Shown piece after piece: positions 22,727 to 31,021 of a stretch of DNA of 64,000 bases. Made by a program: the position numbers and the translations under genes. The DNA is from an uncultured bacterium (GTDB lineage: Bacteria; Armatimonadota; Hebobacteria; CAIYQO01). Below the pieces are notes generated by a model. The model ran no database searches. It was not told where the DNA came from and saw only the letters and a program-made list of their open reading frames with translations. How positions within the stretch are numbered: position 1 is the stretch's first letter; every line of letters starts with the position of its first letter. Location: NCBI GenBank assembly GCA_964590255.1, contig CAZPYA010000009.1, forward strand, positions 791 through 64,790. Reading direction: 5' to 3'.

Positions 22727-23026
22727 ATGGCGGTGGTGGCGGATATTTCGTTGATTCCGGTGGGCACGCAGTCCACCAGTTTGAGCCAGATGCTGGCGGA
22801 CAGCGTGAAGGTGCTGGACCAGTTCGGGCTGACGTATGACGTGACCCCCACGGGCACGAACGTGGAGGGCGACCTGGACACGATTTTCCAGGCGGTGAAG
22901 GCGATGGAGGAGGTGCCGTTTCAGGAGGGGGCCGACCGGGTGGTGATCCTGCTGAAGCTGGACGACCGGCGGGACAAGAATATCTCGCTGGATTACGAGG
23001 AGCGATCGCTGGAAGAGAAGTTGTAA
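22727..23026 (+). CDS. MTH1187/YkoF-family (DUF77) thiamine-binding-like protein
   Basis: SD AAGGAGG lies 8 nt before ATG 22727. MAVVADISLIPVGTQSTSLSQMLADSVKVLDQFGLTYDVTPTGTNVEGDLDTIFQAVKAM matches the UPF0045/MTH1187 pattern. Confidence 0.8.
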   Translation: MAVVADISLIPVGTQSTSLSQMLADSVKVLDQFGLTYDVTPTGTNVEGDLDTIFQAVKAMEEVPFQEGADRVVILLKLDDRRDKNISLDYEERSLEEKL

Positions 23027-23033
23027 ATGCATC

Positions 23034-23060
23034 GACGGCCCCCGCGAAGCGGGGGCCGTC
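23034..23060. terminator. bidirectional intrinsic terminator between convergent genes
   Basis: Perfect 12-bp stem GACGGCCCCCGC-GAA-GCGGGGGCCGTC followed by GTGTT. It lies between 22727..23026(+) and 23084..24280(-). Confidence 0.75.
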
Positions 23061-23083
23061 GTGTTACCGTTGATCGCGCGTGA

Positions 23084-24280
23084 TTAATCGAAGAGGAACG
23101 CGCCGGCGTGATCGACTTCCGCGCCGCCGGCGCCGCGCCAGATTTTTATCTGGATGGAGCCGGTGAAGCCGATATTCACATACATGCCCGACTTGCGGGT
23201 GGCGTTGTCCTGGCAGTGGGTTTTATCGCGCGGGAGCAGAATCGTCGGGGTCGCTTTGGCGGGGGTGGCCACGCTGACGACTTTGATATACTGGTCGCCG
23301 CCGGTACCGCTCCACGGATCATACTGCATGGTGTAGTAAGTGAGGGTGTGCGGCGCCGTTTCGGTGGCCGCGACGTTGACGGTCATCACCAGCGCGCCGG
23401 CTTCAGTGGTGCCGAGTTTGCGCGGGCCGCAGGCGGACATCAACGCGCCGCGATAGGTACCCTTGCTGCATGTGAGCGAGGCATAGTTGGCGCCATCGAA
23501 GAACTTCCACGCCGTGTCATAATTCGTCACGGAGTATGACGTCTGTCCGGATGGATATCCCAGCTTTGTGGCGGCATCGATATCCCAGCTGGTGACCCAG
23601 CTTGGAACCTGTTTCACTTGCGTGCTCTGGAAGATGATGTAGCCGGCAGTGCCGCGTTCGGGGATGTTGCACACCACGCCGGCGCCGCTGCCGGTCAGTT
23701 TGAAGGGCACCGGGCTGCCGTCGGGCACGATTACCCAGTTGTTCATCAGCACCACGTCCCAGAAGGTCAGTCCGGCGGGCACGGTTGCTCCCTGCACGTG
23801 GCCATCCGCGAAGGCCAGCACGGCCGCCTTGTTGTGACGGGTATCCACCTGAGTGTCGACGTCGGTGATGGTGTAGTTGGCGTTGACCGGCGGCATCACC
23901 ATGTCGGCGACCATGACGGTGTCAGACGGACGCTTATTGTCGCCGGCCGCCACGCCGAAGAAGTAGCCGTTGAGGCCGTATTCCGGCGTGGTGTTTTTCC
24001 CTTTGCCGGTTTTCGTCGGGCAGTCGTAGAGGCTGGGCTCGTTGTAGTCCTTCAACAGGGATGACCAGGCGTTGTTCTTCGTATCCGGCATGTAGGTCTC
24101 TTCATTGTCCTGGACATACATGCTAAGGGCCAGCGCGATCTGGCGCTGGTTGTTGAGACAGGTGTTCATGCGGGCCTTTTCACGGGCCTTCGCGAACACA
24201 GGGAAGAGGATGGCGGCCAGGATGGCGATAATGGCGATCACCACCAGCAGCTCAATGAGGGTGAAACCTCGGGCGCGCAT
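23084..24280 (-). CDS. prepilin-type N-terminal domain protein, DUF1559 / H-X9-DG family, with long C-terminal extension
   Basis: [61 protein letters not shown] (G-F-T-L-I-E cleavage/methylation motif). H-X9-DG at [23 protein letters not shown] lies upstream. Confidence 0.9.
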   Translation of the reverse strand: MRARGFTLIELLVVIAIIAILAAILFPVFAKAREKARMNTCLNNQRQIALALSMYVQDNEETYMPDTKNNAWSSLLKDYNEPSLYDCPTKTGKGKNTTPEYGLNGYFFGVAAGDNKRPSDTVMVADMVMPPVNANYTITDVDTQVDTRHNKAAVLAFADGHVQGATVPAGLTFWDVVLMNNWVIVPDGSPVPFKLTGSGAGVVCNIPERGTAGYIIFQSTQVKQVPSWVTSWDIDAATKLGYPSGQTSYSVTNYDTAWKFFDGANYASLTCSKGTYRGALMSACGPRKLGTTEAGALVMTVNVAATETAPHTLTYYTMQYDPWSGTGGDQYIKVVSVATPAKATPTILLPRDKTHCQDNATRKSGMYVNIGFTGSIQIKIWRGAGGAEVDHAGAFLFD

Positions 24281-24326
24281 GGGCAGACCTCCTTATGAAG
24301 TTACAGGGACAGAACCCTTAATATGT

Positions 24327-24354
24327 ATTATAGGCCATTGCTGTTCCCTGTCAA
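24327..24354 (-). promoter_or_regulatory. sigma70-type promoter for the DUF1559 gene
   Basis: Minus strand reads TTGACA (24354-24349), 16 nt, TATAAT (24332-24327). ACAGGGAACAG overlapping the -35 is inverted-repeated as CTGTCCCTGT about 45 nt downstream, which could be an operator. Confidence 0.55.
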
Positions 24355-24384
24355 TGGGCATAACCGGACGGGCTGCACGGACGG

Positions 24385-25461
24385 TCAATATTCCCCATAT
24401 TCCCACGCCGCCTCGAACATCGCTACGGCGTTTTCGGTGGGGGTGTTGTCCTGCAGGCTGTGGGTTGGGGCCAGCAGGTAGCCGCCGCCGGGCTTCATGA
24501 TCTCCAGCGTCTGGCGCACGTCGGCGACGACGTCGTCCACCGTGCCGTAGGCCAGCGGGCCGGCGGTGGAGATGCAGCCGTGGCAGGCCAACCGGCCGCC
24601 GAAGTGGGACTTCAGGTACGCTGGCGACATGTTGGCTGCCTCGGGCTGCAGCGTGTCGACGACGCTGATGCCCATCTCGATGAAATCCTCATACGCCCAA
24701 CTGCTGGAGCCGCAGGTGTGGATCATCACCGGGATGCCGTAGGCCTTGCCCAGATCCACCACTTTTTGGTGGCGCGGGCGGATGTGTTTTCGAAAGAGCT
24801 CCAGGCTGATGAGCGGCGCGTGTTGGGTGCCCAGGTCCTCGCCCATCCAGAGGATGTCGATGCCGCCGTTGGCCGCTTCCAGCGTGCGGCGGGTCATCTC
24901 CACCAGCACGTCCAGCTTGCGGTCGATGATGCGCAAGCCGGCTTCATCATCGGTCATCAGGTCCACCAGCACCTGTTCCATGGTGCGCAGCATGCCGGTG
25001 CTGTTGATGATGTCGCCGATGCCCGGGCCGCCGACGGTGATGGCGTATTGTGCGTTGCGTTTACAACACTCCGCCACGCCTGAGTAGTCGAAATCGTCCG
25101 GGTTGGGCATCGGCCAGGTCTCCGCCTCCTCCAGCGTGGCGTCTTGCAACGGAAAGTCGCAGAAATCCCAGTAGCCGCCACTCTCGTGCTCGATCCAGCG
25201 GGTATGCACGCCGAAGAGTTGGTCCACATTGCGTCCGGGCAACTCCGCGTGCAGCCGGGGGCCAGTGTAGGGCACCCACGCGCCGCGCAGGTCCACCCGC
25301 AGCGCCTGGTTCAACCCCTCGTTATCGCTGACGCCGAAGTGCGCTTTCAGCCGCTGGTCGATATTGCCGTTACAGTGCACGCTGCCGATGGGCACGCGGT
25401 CCGGCTGCTGGTGGGCGATGGCGGTGAGCACGCGCTCTTTGGAGGTCATGGGTTTCGGCAT
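24385..25461 (-). CDS. uroporphyrinogen decarboxylase (URO-D) family protein, MtaA/CmuA-like
   Basis: MTSKERVLTAIAHQQPDRVPIG...ILWMGEDLGTQHAPLISLELFRKHIRPRHQKVVD...PVMIHTCGSS...LQPEAANM...CHGCIST shows the overall URO-D TIM-barrel family pattern. Substrate unknown. Confidence 0.75.
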   Translation of the reverse strand: MPKPMTSKERVLTAIAHQQPDRVPIGSVHCNGNIDQRLKAHFGVSDNEGLNQALRVDLRGAWVPYTGPRLHAELPGRNVDQLFGVHTRWIEHESGGYWDFCDFPLQDATLEEAETWPMPNPDDFDYSGVAECCKRNAQYAITVGGPGIGDIINSTGMLRTMEQVLVDLMTDDEAGLRIIDRKLDVLVEMTRRTLEAANGGIDILWMGEDLGTQHAPLISLELFRKHIRPRHQKVVDLGKAYGIPVMIHTCGSSSWAYEDFIEMGISVVDTLQPEAANMSPAYLKSHFGGRLACHGCISTAGPLAYGTVDDVVADVRQTLEIMKPGGGYLLAPTHSLQDNTPTENAVAMFEAAWEYGEY

Positions 25462-26008
25462 GGCGGATGTCCTTTTTCAACGACGTCTCTTCGCACGCAG
25501 AATAATTCGGTGACGGGGGTGGTAATGCCTTCTCCGATGTGTGAAATGGTGTATGTATCGGCGCCGGCGGCTGTGGGTGGGAAATGGGTATTGCAACGAA
25601 TTTCTGACTGCGTGGATGACGATGCCCAGGCACGTCAGCATAATCGATCCCCCCGCGTATGACTCTCCAGATACGCGGGGGGACGACCATCTCGCTGGGA
25701 ATAGGCGCGATGGTGCTTGCCATGCCAGCAGCACGACAACACTATATACGCCTTAGAGACTATCCCAAAACGTCTCGCAGCCGTCTTGCGGGTCTGGTTC
25801 GCGCCTGGCCGCGTTGGCTTCGCTGGCATGTATGTCCCCACACACTCTCGCGCATCCGCCTTGCCAGCCACGAACCAGCCTTCGCAATCCGACTACGATA
25901 CATTTTGAGATCGTTTCTTACTGGTCAAGCTTCGTGAAATACCAGTGGATCGTGGATTTCATCGCTACCATGCCCACTGTCTATCCCCTTCTTACCTGAC
26001 GTTGCCGC

Positions 26009-26359
26009 TTAATCATCGCCGCCGATGCCTCCCAGCAAGTCACCTAGCCATGACCCACGTTTCTTCTGCATGGGCCGTCCATGCTGGTCATATTGCGGAC
26101 GTCGGTGTTTGTCATCGTCATGGTCATCATCACGGTGCCGATGCTCATCACGATATTGTGGTTGTTCCTCACGCCGACGATTCTCGGCGGGGGCGCTGTG
26201 CGCATTCATCTGCGACGGCCCACCGATCGCTTCCAGCTCGATGATCTTTTCTAACTCGCCGCGGTCGAGCCAGACCCCTTTGCATCCGGGGCAGATATCG
26301 ATCTCGACACCATACTTTTGGATCGCGCGCAACGGCGCATCACAGACAGGACATTGCAT
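26009..26359 (-). CDS. TFIIB-type zinc-ribbon protein (zf-TFIIB family) with charged C-terminal tail
   Basis: MQCPVCDAPLRAIQKYGVEIDICPGCKGVWLDRGELEKII (CPxC...CPxC plus the GVWLD.GEL motif). The tail is rich in R/D/H/E. Confidence 0.8.
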   Translation of the reverse strand: MQCPVCDAPLRAIQKYGVEIDICPGCKGVWLDRGELEKIIELEAIGGPSQMNAHSAPAENRRREEQPQYRDEHRHRDDDHDDDKHRRPQYDQHGRPMQKKRGSWLGDLLGGIGGDD

Positions 26360-26418
26360 TCTCGTTCCTTTCTTTCCGATACACTCGACTCACGTCCGGT
26401 GCATAGGGCCCGTCAAGT

Positions 26419-26552
26419 AATAATCTCAACATTTTGCCTTGTTCGCTTGCCCGTGGGCGTTGTTGAGTACCCTTGAAATATGACCTCATATGTCGGCGGG
26501 CACTCGCCTAGCCCACGGACAAGCGCCCGGCGGCATAATTGTTGAGATTATT
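26419..26552. repeat. long imperfect hairpin with 13-bp perfect terminal inverted repeats
   Basis: AATAATCTCAACA (26419-26431) pairs with TGTTGAGATTATT (26540-26552). Inner arms are CTTGCCCGTGGGC and GCCCACGGACAAG. It lies in the intergenic gap between the ATPase operon end and the zinc-ribbon gene start. Confidence 0.7.
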
Positions 26553-26624
26553 CCTAGACGCGCCCATAGATCAGATCGCAGGCACCAGACGCTCCATCGT
26601 GCGCAGACTACTATAGCTGCGTCT

Positions 26625-26753
26625 TCATTTCACCACGTCGTCCTTGCTATCGCCTGAGTCGTCCCCTTGTTTCCACCAAGGCCGTTTAACGCCGGGCAGC
26701 CAGTGAGCAGACAGGTTAGCCCGACCAATAAGAGCAAATAGCAGAATACTCAC
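26625..26753 (-). CDS. candidate 42-aa small hydrophobic peptide downstream of the P-type ATPase
   Basis: Strong SD GAAGGAGG (26763-26770 on minus) begins 1 nt after the ATPase stop. ATG 26755 is immediately followed by TGA (a start-stop). The overlapping GTG 26753 opens MSILLFALIGRANLSAHWLPGVKRPWWKQGDDSGDSKDDVVK. It is below the ORF-track cutoff, with no homology evidence. Confidence 0.35.
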   Translation of the reverse strand: MSILLFALIGRANLSAHWLPGVKRPWWKQGDDSGDSKDDVVK

Positions 26754-26770
26754 ATGAATTTTTCCTCCTT

Positions 26771-29359
26771 CTATGGCGTGGCCGGCGCCTGTTGACGCAC
26801 CCGTACCATTTTCACCAGTTCAAACCAGACGACGCTGCCGATGCCCGCAGCCAGACAAATGCCGACTTGTGTACCTGTGAGAGGCGCAAACTGGAACAGC
26901 CTGGCCAGTATCGGGATATTCAGCAAACACAGCATGAGCAGCGTGGCTCCGCCGACGACCCACCACATGGCGCTGTTCGATGATCGCAAAGTCGCCAGCA
27001 GGCTTCTTGTCCAGGACACATTGGTGAGTATTAATAGTAGATTGGCCGTGATTAGCGTGACGAACGCCATCGTCCGCGCCGCGGCTTCTCCCATCGCCCA
27101 TTGCTGCGCTACCATAAACACCCCCAGGCTGACGAATAAAATACTGGCGCCTTGTACCAGACTCGTTATGAGCGTCGTGCGGTCGAAGATGGATTCCCGC
27201 GGCGAGCGCGGTGGGCGATGCATGACGTTGCGCTCCTCGGGTTCAGCCTCAAAGACGGTCGAGCATGCCGGGTCGATGATCAATTCCATCAGGACGATGT
27301 GGATGGGGAGCAATAATAACGGCCACCCCAACGTGATCGGAATCAACGATAGCCCGGCAATCGGCACATGAATGGAGAAGATATATGCCATCGCCTTGCG
27401 GAGATTGTCGTAAATGCGGCGCCCCAACCGCACGGCGGCGACGATAGAGGAAAAGTCATCTTCCAGTAAGACTAATCCGGCGGCTTCACGCGCCACGTCC
27501 GTCCCGCGTCCGCCCATGGCGATGCCAATATCAGCGGCTTTGAGCGCCGGCGCGTCATTGACGCCGTCGCCAGTCATGGCCACCACTTCACCCGTCGCCT
27601 GCAGTGCCTGTACCAGGCGCAACTTCTGCTCCGGCACCACGCGCGCAAAGACATTGATCTGGCGCACCTGTTCACGCAATGTCGCATCGTCCATTTGCAT
27701 GAGTGCATCGCCCGTCAAGACATTTTCGGGTGACCTCAACCCGATTTGCCGGGCAATGGTCCGTGCGGTCGCCGGATAATCGCCGGTGATCATTACCACA
27801 CGAATACCGGCGTTAGCGCATTCCGCAATGGCGGCGGGGACGGACGGACGGACGGGATCGATGAGGCCGACCAGCCCGAGAAAGCGAAAGTCAAAGTCGT
27901 GCTGTATTGCCGGCAACGCCGTGCCGTTTGGTATGTCGGCGCACGCAACACCCAGTACCCGAAGCCCGCGACTCGCCATCTCGTTAATGCTGACCGCGAG
28001 TTGCTGGCGTTGTGCTTCATCGAAGTGACACAGATCGGCTATCGCTTCCGGAGCGCCTTTGGTGGCGATGATATACGCGTTACGCGTCGTCGATCGCCAG
28101 ACCTGCGACATCGCCAGCAGTTCCGGCGATAATGGGTATTGCTGCACGACGGTCCAATCCTCGTGCAGGTGTTCCGTTTGGGCCAGATGCACTTGCCCAA
28201 ACCGATGGAAGGCCTTTTCCATGGGATCGAAGGGGTCGCGTTGGCTGGCGAGGATACTGAATTCAACCAGCTCATGTAATGCATCCGGCAGCGGTTCGCT
28301 CTGCCCGGGCATGATCTGATGTGTCACGTCCCCGGCGTTCAACTCGCCGACCGACATTTGATTGAGCGTGAGGGTTCCGGTTTTATCCACGCATAACACG
28401 GTGGCAGATCCCAATATTTCTACCGCGTGCATGCGACGGGCCAATACTTGCCGGCGTGAGATGCGCCAGGCGCCCAGCGCCAGGAAGATCGTCAGCACGA
28501 CCGGGAATTCTTCCGGCAGCATCGCCATCGCCAGTGCGACACCAGCCAGCACGCCATGCAACCAGTCGCCGCGCATCAGGCCATACACCAGCATGACGAT
28601 CACGCTTAGGCCCAGGCCGACTATAGCTAGATTGCGCACTAATCGCCTGGTCTGTTTTTGCAGGGCAGTCTGTTCAGGCACGAGAAGCTGCAATGATTTT
28701 CCGATTTTCCCGATTTCGGTGTGCAACCCCGTCCGTAGTATTGTAATGGTGGCCTGCCCCTGCACGACCAATGTGCCGGAGTAGACAAACGGTTCGTCTT
28801 CCCCACCGGGACGCTGCATGTCCGTTTTGCCGTCCCAGGTCCGTTTCCGTACGGGAACGGATTCTCCCGTAAGTAGCGACTCGTCAACCGACAGATTCGT
28901 AGCTACACGAATCGCCCCATCCGCGGGAATACGGTCGCCTTCCGCTACCAATATGACATCTCCCCGCACGACCTCGCGTCCAGGAATGAAACGCGCATCG
29001 CCATCACGGATAACGCGCGCCCGTGGGCTGGATAGATTCTTCAACGCTTGAAGTGCGTTTTCAGTTTTGCGCTCCTGGTAGAGTGTGATGCCAATAATGA
29101 CAAACACAAACCCGAGCAACAGCAACGCTTCTTGCAGATCGCCAAGCAGCAAATAGATGGTGCCACCGGCCAGTAGGAGTAAAAACATGGGCTCACGCAG
29201 CACTTCCAGAGTAATCTGCAGCAGACTGCGCGGCTTGGCCGATGGTAATTCATTCGGGCCATCTTGCAGCAGACGTGCAGCGGCTTCCGCCGAGGAGAGT
29301 CCCGTCAGAATGTCCTCCACGTCATGTTCTACTTCACGACGATCTGATTGGTCTGTCAT
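26771..29359 (-). CDS. cation-transporting P-type ATPase (P2-type, Ca2+/Mg2+-like)
   Basis: LTGES, VLCVDKTGTLT (phospho-Asp), MITGDYPATA, VAMTGDGVNDAPALKAADIGIAMG, and N-terminal GLSSAEAAARL...GPNEL. About 10 TM helices. GC is visibly lower than the neighbours (27001-27060: 27/60). Confidence 0.95.
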   Translation of the reverse strand: MTDQSDRREVEHDVEDILTGLSSAEAAARLLQDGPNELPSAKPRSLLQITLEVLREPMFLLLLAGGTIYLLLGDLQEALLLLGFVFVIIGITLYQERKTENALQALKNLSSPRARVIRDGDARFIPGREVVRGDVILVAEGDRIPADGAIRVATNLSVDESLLTGESVPVRKRTWDGKTDMQRPGGEDEPFVYSGTLVVQGQATITILRTGLHTEIGKIGKSLQLLVPEQTALQKQTRRLVRNLAIVGLGLSVIVMLVYGLMRGDWLHGVLAGVALAMAMLPEEFPVVLTIFLALGAWRISRRQVLARRMHAVEILGSATVLCVDKTGTLTLNQMSVGELNAGDVTHQIMPGQSEPLPDALHELVEFSILASQRDPFDPMEKAFHRFGQVHLAQTEHLHEDWTVVQQYPLSPELLAMSQVWRSTTRNAYIIATKGAPEAIADLCHFDEAQRQQLAVSINEMASRGLRVLGVACADIPNGTALPAIQHDFDFRFLGLVGLIDPVRPSVPAAIAECANAGIRVVMITGDYPATARTIARQIGLRSPENVLTGDALMQMDDATLREQVRQINVFARVVPEQKLRLVQALQATGEVVAMTGDGVNDAPALKAADIGIAMGGRGTDVAREAAGLVLLEDDFSSIVAAVRLGRRIYDNLRKAMAYIFSIHVPIAGLSLIPITLGWPLLLLPIHIVLMELIIDPACSTVFEAEPEERNVMHRPPRSPRESIFDRTTLITSLVQGASILFVSLGVFMVAQQWAMGEAAARTMAFVTLITANLLLILTNVSWTRSLLATLRSSNSAMWWVVGGATLLMLCLLNIPILARLFQFAPLTGTQVGICLAAGIGSVVWFELVKMVRVRQQAPATP

Positions 29360-29630
29360 GCCATTCTCCTGAATCTTGCTTGCATTAAAGTATCAAATGT
29401 CTACCACCGGCCCACATCCCACTGCCCTGTATCACGGTGCCGTATGCTCTGTTGCCAGACACGGTATGCTTGAGACATGGGATGGTTACGTCATGAAAGC
29501 ACGGGTTCGCATGCTGCCCATGTGCCGATACCTTGCGGCGCATACGCTGATGATTGTGCATGGCTTTTTCGGTAGGCGATCATCGGATCATGCGAAGGGG
29601 TACAGCGAATACACACGTCTGATGCGTGCG

Positions 29631-29930
29631 TTACTTCGCCTGCGGAGGATGAAAAATGGAGGCGTATAGAAGCTTCGACATCAAACGATCGCGTTGTGGA
29701 TACGAAGCGGCAGTAGTATCGTTGGGAGTGAAGGCACCAACAGCAGCTTTGGCATCATCTCGGATGCATTCCCCATGCGAATCAATGTGGTGCTCGCACA
29801 CCGGTGACGAAGTCTCCAGGGTGACATGGTGGATCATCGTCATACCGTTGACCATCAATGCCGTAAGCACGATGAGCAGCATGACGCGCATCCATGGCCC
29901 CTGATTTCGGCGTGCTGTATGCCGAAACAT
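29631..29930 (-). CDS. hypothetical small membrane-anchored His/Cys-rich protein
   Basis: ATG 29930 with AAGGGG 8 nt upstream. One TM helix (WMRVMLLIVLTALMVNGMTMI), then HHVTLETSSPVCEHHIDSHGEC. Directly upstream of the ATPase on the same strand. Weak evidence; the longer track ORF (to 30251) looks non-coding. Confidence 0.3.
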   Translation of the reverse strand: MFRHTARRNQGPWMRVMLLIVLTALMVNGMTMIHHVTLETSSPVCEHHIDSHGECIRDDAKAAVGAFTPNDTTAASYPQRDRLMSKLLYASIFHPPQAK

Positions 29931-30422
29931 GTCACCGACCCCTTTCGCGATATACCGGGGCATACTGAAAATGCGGAATAAAAAACCCCGCAGTGCATGT
30001 CCGCGCTGCGAGGCATCATTATCCCCGCAGAACGGTGTTTCGTGGAATTGCCCCATCACATCTCCACGATACATCAATCCCACGGGATCGTAATTATCCC
30101 GTTGCCTATCAAGGCCCAGCCGCATCCCAGTCGTATTGGGACCGCCTGATTCTAAAAACAGTATAGCCCGGGAGGCATGCTCAGTCAAGCCGGCATTGAT
30201 GGGTTCGTAATACCAGTTGTACCGAGTGTGATTCGCATGACGCACTCTCACGAGACTGATTTCGGAAGTGACGCCGGTTCAACTTCGTGTTATTGCATGG
30301 TATGGCTATCCCGATGCTTCCATACGCCGGCCTTCCGGCGCAATTCCCCCGTCCTCTTGCCCGCTGGCCCGGCGATGCGCTATAGTGCAGTTGTCACTTA
30401 CCGCAGACATGGAGGCATGATC

Positions 30423-30992
30423 ATGCGCACCTGGTTGTTGCTGCTGATGGCCCTCACCCTCGCCGGTCCCGCGCTGGCGGACAACGGCTTTGGGATGTTT
30501 TACTGGCGTGGGCCGGCGGATGACGGCGGCACCGGATTGCGTTATCTGCATCTCGAAGACTCCTACAGTTTTGAGCTGAACTGGGGGTATCGCTGGCCGG
30601 CGCCGGAAGAATCCATCGGCACGGTGCGCGCGCTGCTGGCGGCGCCGGTGGTCAAGTGGCCGCGCGGGTCCATCAGCGTGGGCCCGGCCGTCACCTGGTA
30701 CTGGGTGGCGGAGGCGCGTCCCGGCCTGGAAGACGCCCTCTTCGATCCCCAGCACGACACGCTGCTGGAAACGCTGCTGGGCCTGGCCGTCTACGCCACC
30801 CTCGACGCCGTCACCTCGCCCTTCGCCAGCGCCGGGCAGGACGGGCACGGCATCAAAATCCGCCCCGCCGTCAACCTGCGCCACGCGCTCACCGACGGGC
30901 TGTATCTCGATGCCGGCTACGACTTCGGCCACGGCAGCCAGGACCTGTTCCACGGCACGAATTTGAGCCTGACGTTCACCGGTGCATTTTAA
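30423..30992 (+). CDS. putative small outer-membrane beta-barrel protein
   Basis: SD GGAGG lies 7 nt before ATG 30423. Signal peptide MRTWLLLLMALTLAGPALA. Alternating beta-strand-like pattern and a C-terminal ...NLSLTFTGAF with terminal Phe. The track's N-terminal extension (30177) is rejected. Confidence 0.65.
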   Translation: MRTWLLLLMALTLAGPALADNGFGMFYWRGPADDGGTGLRYLHLEDSYSFELNWGYRWPAPEESIGTVRALLAAPVVKWPRGSISVGPAVTWYWVAEARPGLEDALFDPQHDTLLETLLGLAVYATLDAVTSPFASAGQDGHGIKIRPAVNLRHALTDGLYLDAGYDFGHGSQDLFHGTNLSLTFTGAF

Positions 30993-31021
30993 TACCGCGC
31001 CTCAAGTAGGAGGATCATGAC

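Noticed and set aside
25690-26000. Possible degraded gene or ncRNA in the 550-bp ORF-free stretch upstream of the URO-D-like gene
   Set aside because: I found no tRNA-like cloverleaf, no recognisable pseudogene translation in any frame and no repeat partner. I left it unannotated apart from the hairpin noted in the island finding.
29360-29630. M-box or other metal riboswitch in the 270-nt leader of the P-type ATPase
   Set aside because: No match by eye to the M-box or other metal-riboswitch cores that I can recall. I kept it only as a note inside the island finding; it needs an Rfam scan.
29376-30251. ORFs 29376..29669(+) and the full-length 29631..30251(-), plus the 30177 N-terminal extension of the beta-barrel gene
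   Set aside because: These have no SD, no periodicity that I can see, and mutually overlapping frames in a lower-GC spacer. Only the 3' third of the minus ORF (from ATG 29930) and the signal-peptide start at 30423 look plausible.
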